Numbered from the stretch's first letter, positions 52,089 to 62,265 are shown. The stretch is 64,000 bases of DNA from Betaproteobacteria bacterium (GCA_019449455.1 JAGRPO010000088.1:459-64458), one strand, 5' to 3'. Notes: generated by a model not told the origin, from the letters alone. Translations and numbers: made by a program.

Positions 52089-53255
52089 ATGAAACGTTTC
52101 CTGCCGCTCGCCCTCGTCCTCGCCTCGCTCGTCCTCGCCTCCGGATGCTCGATCTTCAAGACCGAGGAGCAGCAGCGCATCGCGCGCACGCGTGAACGCC
52201 CGCTCGAGATGCCGCCGGACCTCACGGCCCCGGTCATCGACGATCGCTACGCGGTCCCCGACCCCCGCGCCTCCACCAGCTTCTCGCAGTACAGCAAGGA
52301 CAGGACCGGCACCCCCTCGGGCACGCCGATCGCCGGGCCCGCGTCCTCGGTGCTGCCCGCCGTGTCGAACGCGCGCATCGACCGCGGCGGCGACCAGCGC
52401 TGGATCGTCGCCAAGGCCGATCCCGCGCAGGTGTGGCCGATCGTGCGCGATTTCTGGCAGGACATCGGGTTCTCGATCGCCCGCGAGACGCCGGAGTCCG
52501 GGATACTCGAAACCAACTGGCGCGACACGCGCGCCAACGTCGAGACGACGGGGATTCGCGGCGTGATCAACCGTGCGTTGCCCGGCATGTTCTCCACCGG
52601 CGAGCGCGACCGCTTCCGCACGCGCATCGAGCGCGGCGCGGAGCCGGGCACGACGGAGATCTACGTGAGCCATCGCGGCCTCGAGGAAGTCTTCACCTCG
52701 GCCACGCAGGACTCGACGCGCTGGCAGCCTCGCGGCACCGGCACCGACCGCGATCTCGAGGCCGAGATGCTGGGCCGCCTGCTGGTGAAGCTCGGCGCGC
52801 CGGCGAGGAAGGCCGCGCCCGCGACGGAAGGATTGCCCGCTGCCGCCGGCTCCGTCATGGCGTCCGCTTCCCCCGTCGCGGCCAACGCGTCGATGCAGAA
52901 AGGCGGCGCGGGGCCGCTCGTCGTGAACGACGGCTTCGACCGCGCCTGGCGCAGGGTGGGCCTCGCGCTGGACCGGACCGGATTCACGGTCGAGGACCGC
53001 GACCGTTCCAAGGGCACGTTCTTCGTTCGCTACATCGACCCGGACGCGCAGGCCGCGGACTCGGGACAGGGCTTCCTCGACAAGCTCGCCTTCTGGCGCC
53101 CGGCCGCGAAAGCGAGCCAGCCGCAATACCGCGTGCTGGTGACCGACGCCGGCGGCGGGCTGTCGCACGTGGCGGTGCAGACGGCGAAGGGCGAGCCGGA
53201 CACGTCGGCCACGGCGAAAAGGATCCTCGCGCTCCTGTTCGAGCAGCTGAAGTAG
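52089..53255 (+). CDS. bamC: Outer membrane protein assembly factor BamC (NlpB) lipoprotein
   Basis: ATG at 52089 within ORF 51846..53255. Lipobox LVLASGC. It sits in the conserved position immediately after dapA. ...GILETNWRD..., FFVRYIDP... Confidence 0.78.
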   Translation: MKRFLPLALVLASLVLASGCSIFKTEEQQRIARTRERPLEMPPDLTAPVIDDRYAVPDPRASTSFSQYSKDRTGTPSGTPIAGPASSVLPAVSNARIDRGGDQRWIVAKADPAQVWPIVRDFWQDIGFSIARETPESGILETNWRDTRANVETTGIRGVINRALPGMFSTGERDRFRTRIERGAEPGTTEIYVSHRGLEEVFTSATQDSTRWQPRGTGTDRDLEAEMLGRLLVKLGAPARKAAPATEGLPAAAGSVMASASPVAANASMQKGGAGPLVVNDGFDRAWRRVGLALDRTGFTVEDRDRSKGTFFVRYIDPDAQAADSGQGFLDKLAFWRPAAKASQPQYRVLVTDAGGGLSHVAVQTAKGEPDTSATAKRILALLFEQLK

Positions 53256-53272
53256 CGGGAGCGCCCGCACGC

Positions 53273-54040
53273 ATGGCGCTGCGCTTCGCCTCCCTCGGGA
53301 GCGGCAGTTCCGGCAACGGGCTGGTCGTCGAACGGGGCAGGACCCGCGTCCTCCTGGACTGCGGATTCACGCTGGGCGACACGGCCTTCCGGCTGGGCAG
53401 GCTCGGGCTCGTCCCCGGCGACCTCGCGGCGATCCTCGTGACGCACGAGCATACGGATCACCTCGGCGGTGTCGCGCGCTTCGCCCGCCGCCACGCCATT
53501 CCCGTCCATCTCACGCGCGGCACCGCGCTATCGCTTCCGCTCGATTTCCCCGCGAGCCTCGTGCGGTTCGTCGATCCGCACGCGGCCTTCGAGGTGGACG
53601 AGCTGCTCGTGGACCCTTTCCCGGTACCCCACGACGCGAGGGAGCCCGTGCAGTACGCGTTTTCCGACGGCGATGCGCGGCTCGCGGTGGTGACGGACCT
53701 GGGCATGTCCACGCCGCACGTCGAGGAGAAGCTGACCGGTTGCGACGCGCTGGTGCTCGAGTGCAACCATGACGCGGGCCTGCTCGAACGCGGTTCGTAC
53801 CCGCGCAGCCTCAAGGACCGCATCGGGGGCCGTTTCGGCCACCTGGACAACGCGGCGGCCGCGGCGATCGTCGCCCGCATCGACTGCTCGGGCCTGGAGC
53901 ACATCCTCGCCGCCCACCTCTCCAAGGAGAACAACCGGCCGGAGCTCGCGGTGCAGGCGCTGGCGGGGGCCCTGGGGTGCGAGGCATCCTGGATCGGGGT
54001 TTCCACCCAGGACGAGGGCTTCGCCTGGCGCGGCGTGTGA
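53273..54040 (+). CDS. MBL-fold metallo-hydrolase
   Basis: ATG at 53273 within ORF 52433..54040. LLDCG...VTHEHTDHLGG (HxHxDH) ...HLS. Confidence 0.85.
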   Translation: MALRFASLGSGSSGNGLVVERGRTRVLLDCGFTLGDTAFRLGRLGLVPGDLAAILVTHEHTDHLGGVARFARRHAIPVHLTRGTALSLPLDFPASLVRFVDPHAAFEVDELLVDPFPVPHDAREPVQYAFSDGDARLAVVTDLGMSTPHVEEKLTGCDALVLECNHDAGLLERGSYPRSLKDRIGGRFGHLDNAAAAAIVARIDCSGLEHILAAHLSKENNRPELAVQALAGALGCEASWIGVSTQDEGFAWRGV

Positions 54041-54049
54041 GGGGGGACT

Positions 54050-54149
54050 AAAGGGACGGTTCCGGAGCTTTTTAAAAGGGACGGTTCCGGAGACATGTTT
54101 TAAAGGGGACGGTTCCGGAGACATGTCTCCGAAACCGTCCCCTTTAAAA
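54050..54149. repeat. REP/iteron-like array: three direct copies and one inverted copy of GGGACGGTTCCGGAG
   Basis: Direct copies lie at 54053-54067, 54078-54092 and 54106-54120. The inverted copy CTCCGAAACCGTCCCC is at 54127-54142. Copy 3 and the inverted copy form a 26-bp-arm palindrome (54098-54149, one mismatch) centred on ACATGT. Confidence 0.8.
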
Positions 54150-54150
54150 C

Positions 54151-54180
54151 AAAAAGCCGGCCCAAGGGCCGGCTTTTCTG
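54151..54180. terminator. Bidirectional intrinsic terminator
   Basis: AAAAA-GCCGGCCC-aa-GGGCCGGC-TTTTCTG, between convergent genes. Confidence 0.7.
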
Positions 54181-54196
54181 TTGCCGAGAAGCGCGA

Positions 54197-54433
54197 TTAC
54201 TTCTTGGGGGCTTCGGCGGGCTTCGCGTCGGCCTTCGGGGCTTCGGCGGGCTTGGCGGCATCGGCCGGGGCGCCAGCGGCGGGCGCGGCGACCGGGGCTT
54301 CGGCGGGCTTCGGGGCCTCGACGGGCTTCGGCGCTTCGACCTTCGGGGCGGGCGCGGGGGCCGGCGCTTCGGTTTTTCCGCAGGCAACGACGCCGGCGGC
54401 GAGGAGGGCAGCGAGGAGGTAGGAAATCTTCAT
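54197..54433 (-). CDS. Small lipoprotein with an Ala/Pro/Lys-rich repeat tail
   Basis: ATG at 54433 within ORF 54197..54517. Lipobox LLAAGVVAC, followed by repeated (K)PAEAP / EAPKP units. Confidence 0.6.
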   Translation of the reverse strand: MKISYLLAALLAAGVVACGKTEAPAPAPAPKVEAPKPVEAPKPAEAPVAAPAAGAPADAAKPAEAPKADAKPAEAPKK

Positions 54434-54602
54434 TTTCTGGGATCCTTGAGGACTGGGTGTCGGTGGAGTTTTGCTCGCGGTCAGGGCGCCGGCGGATTGC
54501 TGCGATGCAAGATGCAACCGACGCCTTCCCGAACGAACGCAAAATCATACCATCGGCCGCCATCCCGTGGAAGGGGCCAAAAGCCGGAAAAACCCTGTTA
54601 GT

Positions 54603-55109
54603 TCAAAGGCCGAGGGTGGACGAGCCGATGGCCGGCTCGGACAGTTCCCAGATCTCCTCGAAGCGGTCGCGCAGGGGCGAGGCGTCCTGCGGGGAGTGCA
54701 GTGCAACAATGGCGCGGGACTGGTCGTGATGCTGCAGGTGCCAGACGCTGTGGTCGTCGGCGACGACGAACGGATCCGTCGCGTTGCGCGCCTGCCCGAC
54801 GGTGCGGTGGATCGCGATGGAGCCGGGGAGCTGCCGCAGCAGGGCGATGAGGCGCGGCTCGTGGCGCTCGAGGTGCTCGGGCTCGTGCAGCGCGATCCTC
54901 AGGCGATGCGCCCGCCCGGCCAGCAGGAAGCGGCGGATCCTCTCGATGCGGGCGACGTCGCCGTATCCGCGCTGCTCGAGGTTGTAGTCGAAGATGCAGA
55001 GCATCTTCTGCGCGGCGCCGACCACCTCGTCGATGGCCGCCTTCGACTCCGCCAGCCCCGACAGCTGCCGGTAGGTGGCCTTCGATTCCGCGTTTCCGGG
55101 CGTGCTCAT
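54603..55109 (-). CDS. Hypothetical protein (168 aa), translationally coupled to the RoxA-like gene
   Basis: ATG at 55109 overlaps the upstream stop (ATGA). It lies within ORF 54603..56372. I recognise no motif. Confidence 0.55.
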   Translation of the reverse strand: MSTPGNAESKATYRQLSGLAESKAAIDEVVGAAQKMLCIFDYNLEQRGYGDVARIERIRRFLLAGRAHRLRIALHEPEHLERHEPRLIALLRQLPGSIAIHRTVGQARNATDPFVVADDHSVWHLQHHDQSRAIVALHSPQDASPLRDRFEEIWELSEPAIGSSTLGL

Positions 55110-56281
55110 GCTTGCTTCTCCTCGCCCAGGTGGAGCAGGCCCCGGGCGTGCCAGACGTGTGCCAGATCCACGAATGATGATGGCGCGCCGGCCATCGAGG
55201 CAAGAGTGCGCGAGTCGGCGAGCCGGCGCAACCACGCCGCGCAGGCCCCGCGCGCGGCGACCGCCTCCCCGTTGAGGAAGAACGATCCCCGCGCGTAGAG
55301 CAGGCGGGCCCGGCGGTCGAGAACCAGCCCGCGCCGCGCGGCCGCCGCCTCGAAGCGCGCGCGCGGCAGCCTGCGTGCGGGCGGCGTGAAGTAGACGTGC
55401 GCCTTGGGCTCGGACAGGAACCGGCCCGCGAATTCGAGGGCGTCGCCCCGGCCCCAGCGGATGCGATCGAGCGTGCGCGCGACGTGCGCGACGAGCGCCG
55501 GCGGGATGCGTCCCGGCGAGCGCGACTGCCGCAGGCCCGGGTCGGCGTAGCGGCCCGCGAGGTCCATGCGTTCGCCGAGGTAGTCGAGGAATCCGGCGCC
55601 GAGTTCCGCGTCCGATGGCGCGCGGAACCCCACCGACCAGGTGAGGCATTGCGTTTCGGCCACTCCGTGGTGCGCCACGCCGGGCGGGAGGTAGAGCATG
55701 TCGCCGGGCTCGAGGACCCATTCCTCCTCGGGCTCGAAGCGCGCGAGGATCCGCAGGTCGAGGCCCGGGACGAAGGCGAGGTCCGACTGGCGGGAGACCT
55801 GCCAGCGCCTGCGGCCCATGCCCTGGATGAGGAACACGTCGTAGGAGTCGACGTGCGGCCCCACGGTGCCGCCGGGAACCGCGTAGCTCACCATGAGATC
55901 GTCGACGCGCGCGTGCGGAACGAATGCGAATCGTGCCAGGAGCGCGGCCGCGCGGTCGCTGAAGTGGTTGGTGTCCTGGACGAGCACGGTCCAGTTCCGG
56001 CCCGGACGGCGCGCGAGCTCCGCGCGGCTGAACGGGCCGTGGCGCACGTCCCAGTGGCGTCCGGCGCGCCGCACCACGCGCGATTCGGCGTCGGGAGAGC
56101 ACGCGAGGTCCAGCACCTCCCGGGCGGAAAGCGGGTCCACGAAAGCGGGGAAGGCGCCCCGCACGAGCAGGGGGCGCTTCTGCCAGTGCTCGCGCAGGAA
56201 TCGCCCGGTGGCCATCGGCCCCGGAAAGCGCGCGCCCTGCGAATGCCACCGCCCGTCGGCGGGCCCGCCCTTGCGCCTCAT
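55106..56281 (-). CDS. JmjC/cupin-4 ribosomal oxygenase (RoxA/YcfD-like)
   Basis: ORF 55106..56317. FLREHWQKRPLLVRGAF...LVQDTNH...DDLMVSYAVPGGTVGPHVDSYDVFLIQGMGRRRW...PGDMLYLPPGVAHHG...WSVGFRAP is collinear with E. coli YcfD. The start is uncertain: ATG at 56281 or 56215. The GTG at 56317 was rejected. Confidence 0.8.
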   Translation of the reverse strand: MRRKGGPADGRWHSQGARFPGPMATGRFLREHWQKRPLLVRGAFPAFVDPLSAREVLDLACSPDAESRVVRRAGRHWDVRHGPFSRAELARRPGRNWTVLVQDTNHFSDRAAALLARFAFVPHARVDDLMVSYAVPGGTVGPHVDSYDVFLIQGMGRRRWQVSRQSDLAFVPGLDLRILARFEPEEEWVLEPGDMLYLPPGVAHHGVAETQCLTWSVGFRAPSDAELGAGFLDYLGERMDLAGRYADPGLRQSRSPGRIPPALVAHVARTLDRIRWGRGDALEFAGRFLSEPKAHVYFTPPARRLPRARFEAAAARRGLVLDRRARLLYARGSFFLNGEAVAARGACAAWLRRLADSRTLASMAGAPSSFVDLAHVWHARGLLHLGEEKQA

Positions 56282-56319
56282 GAAATCCGCTAGAATCGTT
56301 TCGAGTCCCGAGGACACAC

Positions 56320-56799
56320 ATGTTACAGGTTGGACACCCTGCCCCGTCGTTCACGCTTCCGGACGCGAGCATGGAGATGATGCAGCTCTCCAGCTTCCGC
56401 GGAAAGAAGAACGTCGTGCTCTATTTCTACCCGCGCGACGGCACGCCGGGCTGCACCATCCAGGCAGTCGACTTCAGCGACCGCGAACAGGAATTCGCCA
56501 GGCTCGACACGGTCATCTTCGGCATCTCGCGCGACGACGTTCTCTCGCACGCCGCGTTCCGGGACGAGCAGGGCCTGTCGGTGCAGCTCCTCGCGGACAC
56601 CGACGCCATCGTGTGCCGCAAGTACGACGTGATCGAGAAGAAGGTGATCGACGGGCGTCCCCGCGAGAGCCTCACGCGCTCGACCTTCATCATCGACAAG
56701 AAGGGGATCCTGCGCCACATCCTGCGCGACGTGAGCCCGAAGGACCATGCCGACGAGGTGCTGAAAAAGGTGAAGGCCCTCAATGGCCGCGCGGATTGA
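56320..56799 (+). CDS. bcp: Thiol peroxidase / peroxiredoxin Bcp
   Basis: ORF 56320..56799. GHPAPSFTLPD...VVLYFYPRDGTPGCT. Confidence 0.92.
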   Translation: MLQVGHPAPSFTLPDASMEMMQLSSFRGKKNVVLYFYPRDGTPGCTIQAVDFSDREQEFARLDTVIFGISRDDVLSHAAFRDEQGLSVQLLADTDAIVCRKYDVIEKKVIDGRPRESLTRSTFIIDKKGILRHILRDVSPKDHADEVLKKVKALNGRAD

Positions 56800-57283
56800 C
56801 GCGGGCACCGTCGTCACGATCGCCTACGAGCTTCGCGACGTCGAGGGTGCGCTCCTCGACGAGGCCGGCGCGACGGTGGCCTACCTGCACGGCGGCTTCG
56901 GCGGGATCTTTCCCAAGGTCGAGGCGGCGCTCGAGGGACATGGCCCCGGCCACGAGGTCACGCTCTCGCTGGAGCCCGAGGACGCCTTCGGCGAATACGA
57001 GCCCGAGCTCCTGCGCGTCGAGCCGCGCGAAGCCTTCCCCGAGGTGCTCCAGGTCGGCATGCGCTTCGAGGGCGTTCCCGGGGGAGAGCCCTCCGACGAC
57101 CCGTACATCTACACCGTGACCGACATCGCGGACGAGCAGGTGGTGGTGGACGGCAACCACCCGCTCGCAGGCGAGCGCGTGTGGTTCAAGTGCACGGTGA
57201 CGCAGGTGCGCCCCGCCTCGCAGGAGGAGCTTCTGCACGGCCACGCGCACGGCGAGCACGCTCCGGAGAGCGACGAAGGCTAG
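56783..57283 (+). CDS. slyD: FKBP-type peptidyl-prolyl isomerase, SlyD-like (His-rich tail)
   Basis: ORF 56783..57283. VVTIAYELRD...PEDAFGEY...VVVDGNHPLAGERVWFKCTV...HGHAHGEH. Confidence 0.82.
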   Translation: MAARIDAGTVVTIAYELRDVEGALLDEAGATVAYLHGGFGGIFPKVEAALEGHGPGHEVTLSLEPEDAFGEYEPELLRVEPREAFPEVLQVGMRFEGVPGGEPSDDPYIYTVTDIADEQVVVDGNHPLAGERVWFKCTVTQVRPASQEELLHGHAHGEHAPESDEG

Positions 57284-58254
57284 CCGCCCGACCGGACCTC
57301 GGTTTGCGGTTCGGCCCGGAACAGCTTCTTTTCGTTCGGGTCGACGGTGATGCGGACCCACCCGGTCACGGGACTGCCGAAGGTCTCGACGCGCAACACG
57401 TTCTCCACGCGATTGCCGTAACCGTCGCGGAACGGCCGGTCCGCGCGGAAGGAGTGCGTGTCCCCGTGCGCGAAGAGCACGGGCTTCGCCAGGCGCAATG
57501 CCCCCGCGGCCACCTGCGCCAGCAGCGCGTCGTAGACCTTGTCGCGGCTCCCTACCCAGGGGTTGGCGTGCGCGGCCAGCACCAGGCCCCGGCGGTCCGC
57601 GCCCTCGGCGAGGCGGATCGCACGCTCGACCCAGTCGCGATTGGCTGCGGCGCGGCAGCGCTGCTCCGCATCGCTCGCCGCGTCGAAGCCGCGGTTGTCG
57701 TTGCTGCCCACGACGTGGACCGTCGCGAACACCACGCCGTTCTTCGTCCACATCGCGTTCTCCGGCAGGCCGGGGCAGCGGCATGCCGTGCCCTCGCGCT
57801 CGGCGCACGCCTCCTGGCGGGCGAGCGGCAGGCGCGAGCGGCCGAGGGACCACGCGCCGGAAAAGAACACCTGGCGAAGCCTCGCGAGACGCTCGAGGGG
57901 ATCCATCTTCCCGTTGGAATCGCGCCGGCAGTCCGTCCAGTCGTTGTCGCCGGGCGTGAGGACGAGCGCATGGCGCGAGCGATCGAGGCGGGCCCTTGCG
58001 TCCGCGTACCGCTCGTCCGCGCACGGCGAGTCGCCGCCGGCCTTGAAGTCGCCCACGTGCAGGATGAAGGCGAGCGGCTCCGCGCCCATCGCGGCGAGCA
58101 TCGCGTCGAACTCCATGGCCTCGCGCTCGCCGTAGGGCGAATCGCCCGTCACGGCGAAGGAAAACGATTCCGGATGGGGCGGCTTCGAGGCGCAGCCGGC
58201 AAGGGCGAGCGCGGCGAGGGCGGCGGCGAGGAAAGGGCGGACGCGGGAGCTCAC
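57280..58254 (-). CDS. Lipoprotein metallophosphoesterase
   Basis: GTG at 58254 overlaps the mutS stop (GTGA). It is the last 324 codons of ORF 57280..60414. Lipobox LALAGC. Motifs GDSPYG, HVGDF, GDNDW, GSNDN and HGDTH. Confidence 0.75.
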   Translation of the reverse strand: MSSRVRPFLAAALAALALAGCASKPPHPESFSFAVTGDSPYGEREAMEFDAMLAAMGAEPLAFILHVGDFKAGGDSPCADERYADARARLDRSRHALVLTPGDNDWTDCRRDSNGKMDPLERLARLRQVFFSGAWSLGRSRLPLARQEACAEREGTACRCPGLPENAMWTKNGVVFATVHVVGSNDNRGFDAASDAEQRCRAAANRDWVERAIRLAEGADRRGLVLAAHANPWVGSRDKVYDALLAQVAAGALRLAKPVLFAHGDTHSFRADRPFRDGYGNRVENVLRVETFGSPVTGWVRITVDPNEKKLFRAEPQTEVRSGG

Positions 58255-60821
58255 GAGTCCAGGCGCCGCTTGAGGCGGTAGAGCGCCTCGAGCGCCTCGC
58301 GGGGCGAAAGCGCATCGGGGTCGAGGTCGGCGAGCGCCTCGAGCACGGGGTGCGGCTCGGGTTCCGTCGCAGCCGCGGGCGCCGCGAAGAGGTCGGCCTG
58401 AGCGCCGCCGGAGCGCAGGTGCGTCTCGAGCTCCGCGAGGTGCCTGCGCGCCACGCGCACGATCTCCTTCGGGATCCCCGCGAGGTGGGCCACGTGGATG
58501 CCGTAGGACTTGTCTGCGGGCCCGGGCTCGAGGCGATGCAGGAACACGATGCGATCCTTGTGCTCGACCGCGTCCAGGTGCACGTTCGCGATGTTGGGCA
58601 GCTCCGCCGCGAGTTGCGTGAGCTCGAAGTAGTGCGTCGCGAAGAGCGCGTAGCAGCGCACGCGCTCCGCGAGGTGCCGCGCGATGGCGTACGCGAGCGC
58701 GAGGCCGTCGAAGGTGGACGTCCCGCGCCCGATCTCGTCGACCAGCACGAGGCTCCTCGGCGTGGCGTTGTTGAGGATCGCGGCGGCCTCGGTCATCTCC
58801 ACCATGAAGGTCGAGCGGCCGCCGGCCAGGTCGTCGGAGGCGCCGATGCGGGTGAAGATGCGGTCGACGGGGCCCAGGGTCGCGGCGGCGGCGGGAACGA
58901 ACGAGCCGCAATAGGCGAGCAGCGCGATCTGGGCGACCTGGCGCATGTAGGTCGACTTGCCGCCCATGTTGGGGCCGGTAATGAGGAGGAGCTGGCGCGA
59001 GCGCGAAAGCATCGTGTCGTTGGGGATGAAGTCCTCGACCTGGCTCTCGACCACGAGGTGGCGCCCGCCGGCGATCTCGATCACGTCCTCGCCGGTGAAG
59101 GCGGGGCGCGTGAGCCGCAGCGCCTGCGCCGATGCGGCCAGCGCGGCCAGCGCATCGAGCTCGGCGGCGGCATCCGCGATCTCCTGCAGGCGAGCCAGCC
59201 GCCCCTGGAGGCGCGCGAGGAGCGCCTCGTAGAGTTCGCGCTCCCGCGCGAGCGCCCGGTCCCCGGCGGCCAGGGCCTTGTCCTCGAAGGCCTTGAGCTC
59301 GGGCGTGATGAAGCGCTCGGCATTCTTCATCGTCTGCCGCCGGCGGTAGTCGGGCGGGACCTTCTCGAGCTGGCCCTGCGTCACCTCGATGAAGAAGCCG
59401 TGCACCTTGTTGAATTCCACGCGCAGGTTGGCGATGCCCGTGCGTTCGCGCTCGCGCTTCTCCATCTCCATCAGGAACGACCCGCAGTCGCCCTGGATCG
59501 CGCGCAGCTCGTCGAGCTCCCGGTCGAAGCCGTCCGCGATCACGCCGCCCTCGCGCACGACGGCGGCGGGCTCGTCCCGGAGCGTGGCGTCCAGGTCCGC
59601 GTGGATGTCGTCGGCGGGGGCGAGCGGCACGGCGAGGCGATCGAGGGCCGGCGCGCCGGCCGACGACAGGATCGCGTGCAGGGCGGGCAGGGTGGCGAGC
59701 GTGTCCCGGAGGCCGGCCAGGTCGCGCGGCCGGGCGCTGCCGAGCGCCACGCGGGCCGCGATGCGCTCCACGTCCGACCAGCCCGAGAGGGCGCGCGCGA
59801 TGTCCGGATGGCGCACGCGGGAATTGGCGGCCACGAGGGCCTCGATGCCGTCGTGGCGTCCCGCGAGGACGGCCGTGTCGCGCAGCGGGTGGTGCAGCCA
59901 GTGGCGCAGCCGCCGGCTGCCCATGGCGCTCGCGCAGCGGTCCAGGAGCGAGGCGAGCGTCGGGGCGTCCGCGCCCGAAAGCGTCTCGCTGATCTCGAGG
60001 TTGCGGCGGGTGTGCGCGTCCATCTGCACGAACTCGCTCTCGCGCTCGACGGCGAGGCCCGTGACGTGGGGAAGCGCCGATTGCTGCGTGTGCCGCGCGT
60101 AGGCGAGCAGCGCCCCCGCCGCGCCGAGCGCCGCCGCGAGGCCCTCCACGCCGTAGCCCGAGAGATCGACGGTGCCGAACTGGCGCGCGAACTCGCGCGC
60201 CGCGGAGGACGGGTCGAACTGCCACGACTCGATGCGCTTCACGGGCGCGTTGGCGCGCGTCGCGGGCGGATCGAAATCGTCGGGGACGAGGAGCTCGGCG
60301 GGTTGCAGGCGCTCGAGCTCGGCGGCGAGGCGCGAGGCCGGCACCTCCGTGACGCGAAGCCGGCCGCTCGCGAGCGAAAGCCAGGCGAGGCCGGCGGTGC
60401 GCTCCAGCACGCACGCGGCGACGAGGAGGCTCTCCTTCGTGGCGGCCAGCAGCGCCGAATCGGTGAGGGTTCCCGGGGTGACGACGCGCACCACCTTGCG
60501 CTCCACCGGGCCCTTCGAGGTCGCCGGGTCGCCCACCTGCTCGCAGATGGCCACCGACTCGCCCAGCTTCACCAGCTTCGCGAGGTACTGCTCGATCGCG
60601 TGGAAAGGCACGCCCGCCATGCGGATGGGTTGCCCCGCGGACGCCCCGCGCGTGGTGAGCGTGATGTCGAGCAGCTTGGCGGCGCGCTCGGCGTCGGCAT
60701 GGAAGAGCTCGTAGAAGTCCCCCATGCGATAGAACAGCAGCATGTCGGGGTACCCCGCCTTCAGGGCGAGGTACTGCTGCATCATGGGGGTGTGGCCTTC
60801 ATTCCCCTTCGGGGCGGCCAT
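58251..60821 (-). CDS. mutS: DNA mismatch repair protein MutS
   Basis: ORF 58251..60839 (TTG at 60839; ATG at 60821 preferred). HTPMMQQYL...GDFYELF...[13 protein letters not shown]...[12 protein letters not shown]. Confidence 0.95.
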   Translation of the reverse strand: MAAPKGNEGHTPMMQQYLALKAGYPDMLLFYRMGDFYELFHADAERAAKLLDITLTTRGASAGQPIRMAGVPFHAIEQYLAKLVKLGESVAICEQVGDPATSKGPVERKVVRVVTPGTLTDSALLAATKESLLVAACVLERTAGLAWLSLASGRLRVTEVPASRLAAELERLQPAELLVPDDFDPPATRANAPVKRIESWQFDPSSAAREFARQFGTVDLSGYGVEGLAAALGAAGALLAYARHTQQSALPHVTGLAVERESEFVQMDAHTRRNLEISETLSGADAPTLASLLDRCASAMGSRRLRHWLHHPLRDTAVLAGRHDGIEALVAANSRVRHPDIARALSGWSDVERIAARVALGSARPRDLAGLRDTLATLPALHAILSSAGAPALDRLAVPLAPADDIHADLDATLRDEPAAVVREGGVIADGFDRELDELRAIQGDCGSFLMEMEKRERERTGIANLRVEFNKVHGFFIEVTQGQLEKVPPDYRRRQTMKNAERFITPELKAFEDKALAAGDRALARERELYEALLARLQGRLARLQEIADAAAELDALAALAASAQALRLTRPAFTGEDVIEIAGGRHLVVESQVEDFIPNDTMLSRSRQLLLITGPNMGGKSTYMRQVAQIALLAYCGSFVPAAAATLGPVDRIFTRIGASDDLAGGRSTFMVEMTEAAAILNNATPRSLVLVDEIGRGTSTFDGLALAYAIARHLAERVRCYALFATHYFELTQLAAELPNIANVHLDAVEHKDRIVFLHRLEPGPADKSYGIHVAHLAGIPKEIVRVARRHLAELETHLRSGGAQADLFAAPAAATEPEPHPVLEALADLDPDALSPREALEALYRLKRRLDS

Positions 60822-60996
60822 GTCCTTGTTCTTGCTCAAGATGCGATTCTCTGCGGGAACCGTCGGGGGTCGACGGCGGTGCCTGTTTCGCGGGCCATGG
60901 GAGCGAAATGTATCCCATATGCAGCCCGGTCCGCATGACGGGAATGCTTGCGGATCGACGGCGTGACGTCGACGAACGGCGAGCCCTGCAGGCGAG

Positions 60997-62265
60997 TCAG
61001 GGCGCGGGCGGCCCGTTGTAGCGCAGGATCACGAAATCGTCGCCGCCCCCGGCCACGCTCGCCATGGTGGACAGCTGCCGGCGAGCGGAGGCGCTCCCGC
61101 GAACCTCCGCGTCGAGGAAGACGAGCGTCCAGGTGAAGATGTCGTCGGTCGAGGCCACGTCGAAGCCGTGCCTGACGCCGCCCAGTGCGACGAGCTCGCG
61201 CGTTCCGGCGAGCCTCCGGAGGCCCTGCTCCGTCATGAAGAGAGGCGCCGAGGTATCCGCGGTGCCGCCGATCGCCAGGTAGGGAAGCGTGACCTCGTCG
61301 AGCCCGTGCCCGTCGCGCCCGAATGCCGGCAGGTACGGCTGCCCGAAGTAGGGCACGTAGCCGACGGCCGCCTTGAGGCGGGGATCGTCCGTCACCCGGG
61401 TCCATGACAGTCCCGAGGAGGTGGTGAGCCCGGCGCCACGCATCAGCAGCATCGACTCGCCGCCCATGCTCGCCCCGAAGCCGCCGATGCGCGTCGCGTC
61501 GATGTGGTCGCGCCACTGCGGATGCGCGAGCACCAGGTCGATCGAGGCGGACAGCGAAAGCGGCCGCAACGCCTGGAGCGCCGTGAAATTCTCGAGGCGA
61601 GCCAGGACCCTCACGGCGTCGCCGAAGTCGTCCACCTTGAGGTTGGAGAAGCGCGGGTCGCCATGGAACGGGGCGAGGACGACGTAGCCGTGGCTCGCCA
61701 TCACGGATATCACGGCCAGGTAATCGTTGGAGAGCGGGCTGCCGGCGTAGCCGTGGGAGAAGACCAGCATCGGATAGCGTGCCGCATCGTCGGCGAAGAG
61801 CGGGGGCTGCGATCCGGTCTGCATGCGTGGAACGACCTTGCCCGTGGGCAATGCATAGTCCGGACGCGGGTTGCCGTCGAGGGTGGGATAGCACGCCACC
61901 ACGACGAAGGCGACCTGCTGTCCCGCAAATCGCCCGTAGAGAGTGGCGTTCGCGGGCGCCACCACGTGCGCGGTGAGCGTATTCGCGGGGTCGGCCAGCA
62001 AGTCCGTGGCGTAGCGTGGGGTGCCGCCGGCCGACGCGAGGCCTTCCCAGTAGTCCTGGACATCGTCGCCGGGAACGACCCTGCCGAAATCCTGCACCAC
62101 GTTGCTGCATGCGACCTTGAAGGGACCGGGGATCGGGAGAGGCTGAACGATTGCCGTGGGTACGGGTTCGTCCGTCGAGCCGCCGCCGCCACCACCGCAG
62201 CCGGCGATCGCCAGCGTCACGCCGGACAGCAGCGCAGTCAATCCTCGATGAACCGCAAGACTCAT
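60997..62265 (-). CDS. Lipoprotein alpha/beta hydrolase (PAF-acetylhydrolase / dienelactone hydrolase-like)
   Basis: ORF 60997..62265 with GGAGG upstream. Lipobox LAIAGC followed by a Gly run. [12 protein letters not shown] and GFGASMGG (nucleophile elbow). Confidence 0.75.
   Translation of the reverse strand: MSLAVHRGLTALLSGVTLAIAGCGGGGGGSTDEPVPTAIVQPLPIPGPFKVACSNVVQDFGRVVPGDDVQDYWEGLASAGGTPRYATDLLADPANTLTAHVVAPANATLYGRFAGQQVAFVVVACYPTLDGNPRPDYALPTGKVVPRMQTGSQPPLFADDAARYPMLVFSHGYAGSPLSNDYLAVISVMASHGYVVLAPFHGDPRFSNLKVDDFGDAVRVLARLENFTALQALRPLSLSASIDLVLAHPQWRDHIDATRIGGFGASMGGESMLLMRGAGLTTSSGLSWTRVTDDPRLKAAVGYVPYFGQPYLPAFGRDGHGLDEVTLPYLAIGGTADTSAPLFMTEQGLRRLAGTRELVALGGVRHGFDVASTDDIFTWTLVFLDAEVRGSASARRQLSTMASVAGGGDDFVILRYNGPPAP

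Noticed and set aside
54050-54149. Possible CRISPR array
   Set aside because: There are only three short (15-18 nt) direct copies with 7-13 nt between them, far below CRISPR repeat and spacer sizes. One copy is inverted, and no cas genes are present.
53458-54563. Several 95-217 aa ORFs spanning the 54-kb intergenic repeats (e.g. 53769..54422, 54100..54387, 54144..54563)
   Set aside because: They read through the repeat array and terminator hairpins, or are alternative frames of the Ala/Pro-rich lipoprotein gene. Only the frame with a lipobox and RBS (54197-54433) is retained.
56271-56296. Sigma70 promoter for bcp (TTGCGC ... TAGAAT)
   Set aside because: The -10-like TAGAAT (56291-56296) is convincing, but the only -35-like hexamer is 14 nt away, which is too short a spacer. 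It may also lie within the roxA-like coding region, depending on that gene's start.
57280-60414. 1044-aa minus-strand ORF
   Set aside because: Upstream of the GTG at 58254 it runs out of frame through mutS. Only the lipoprotein phosphoesterase part is credible.
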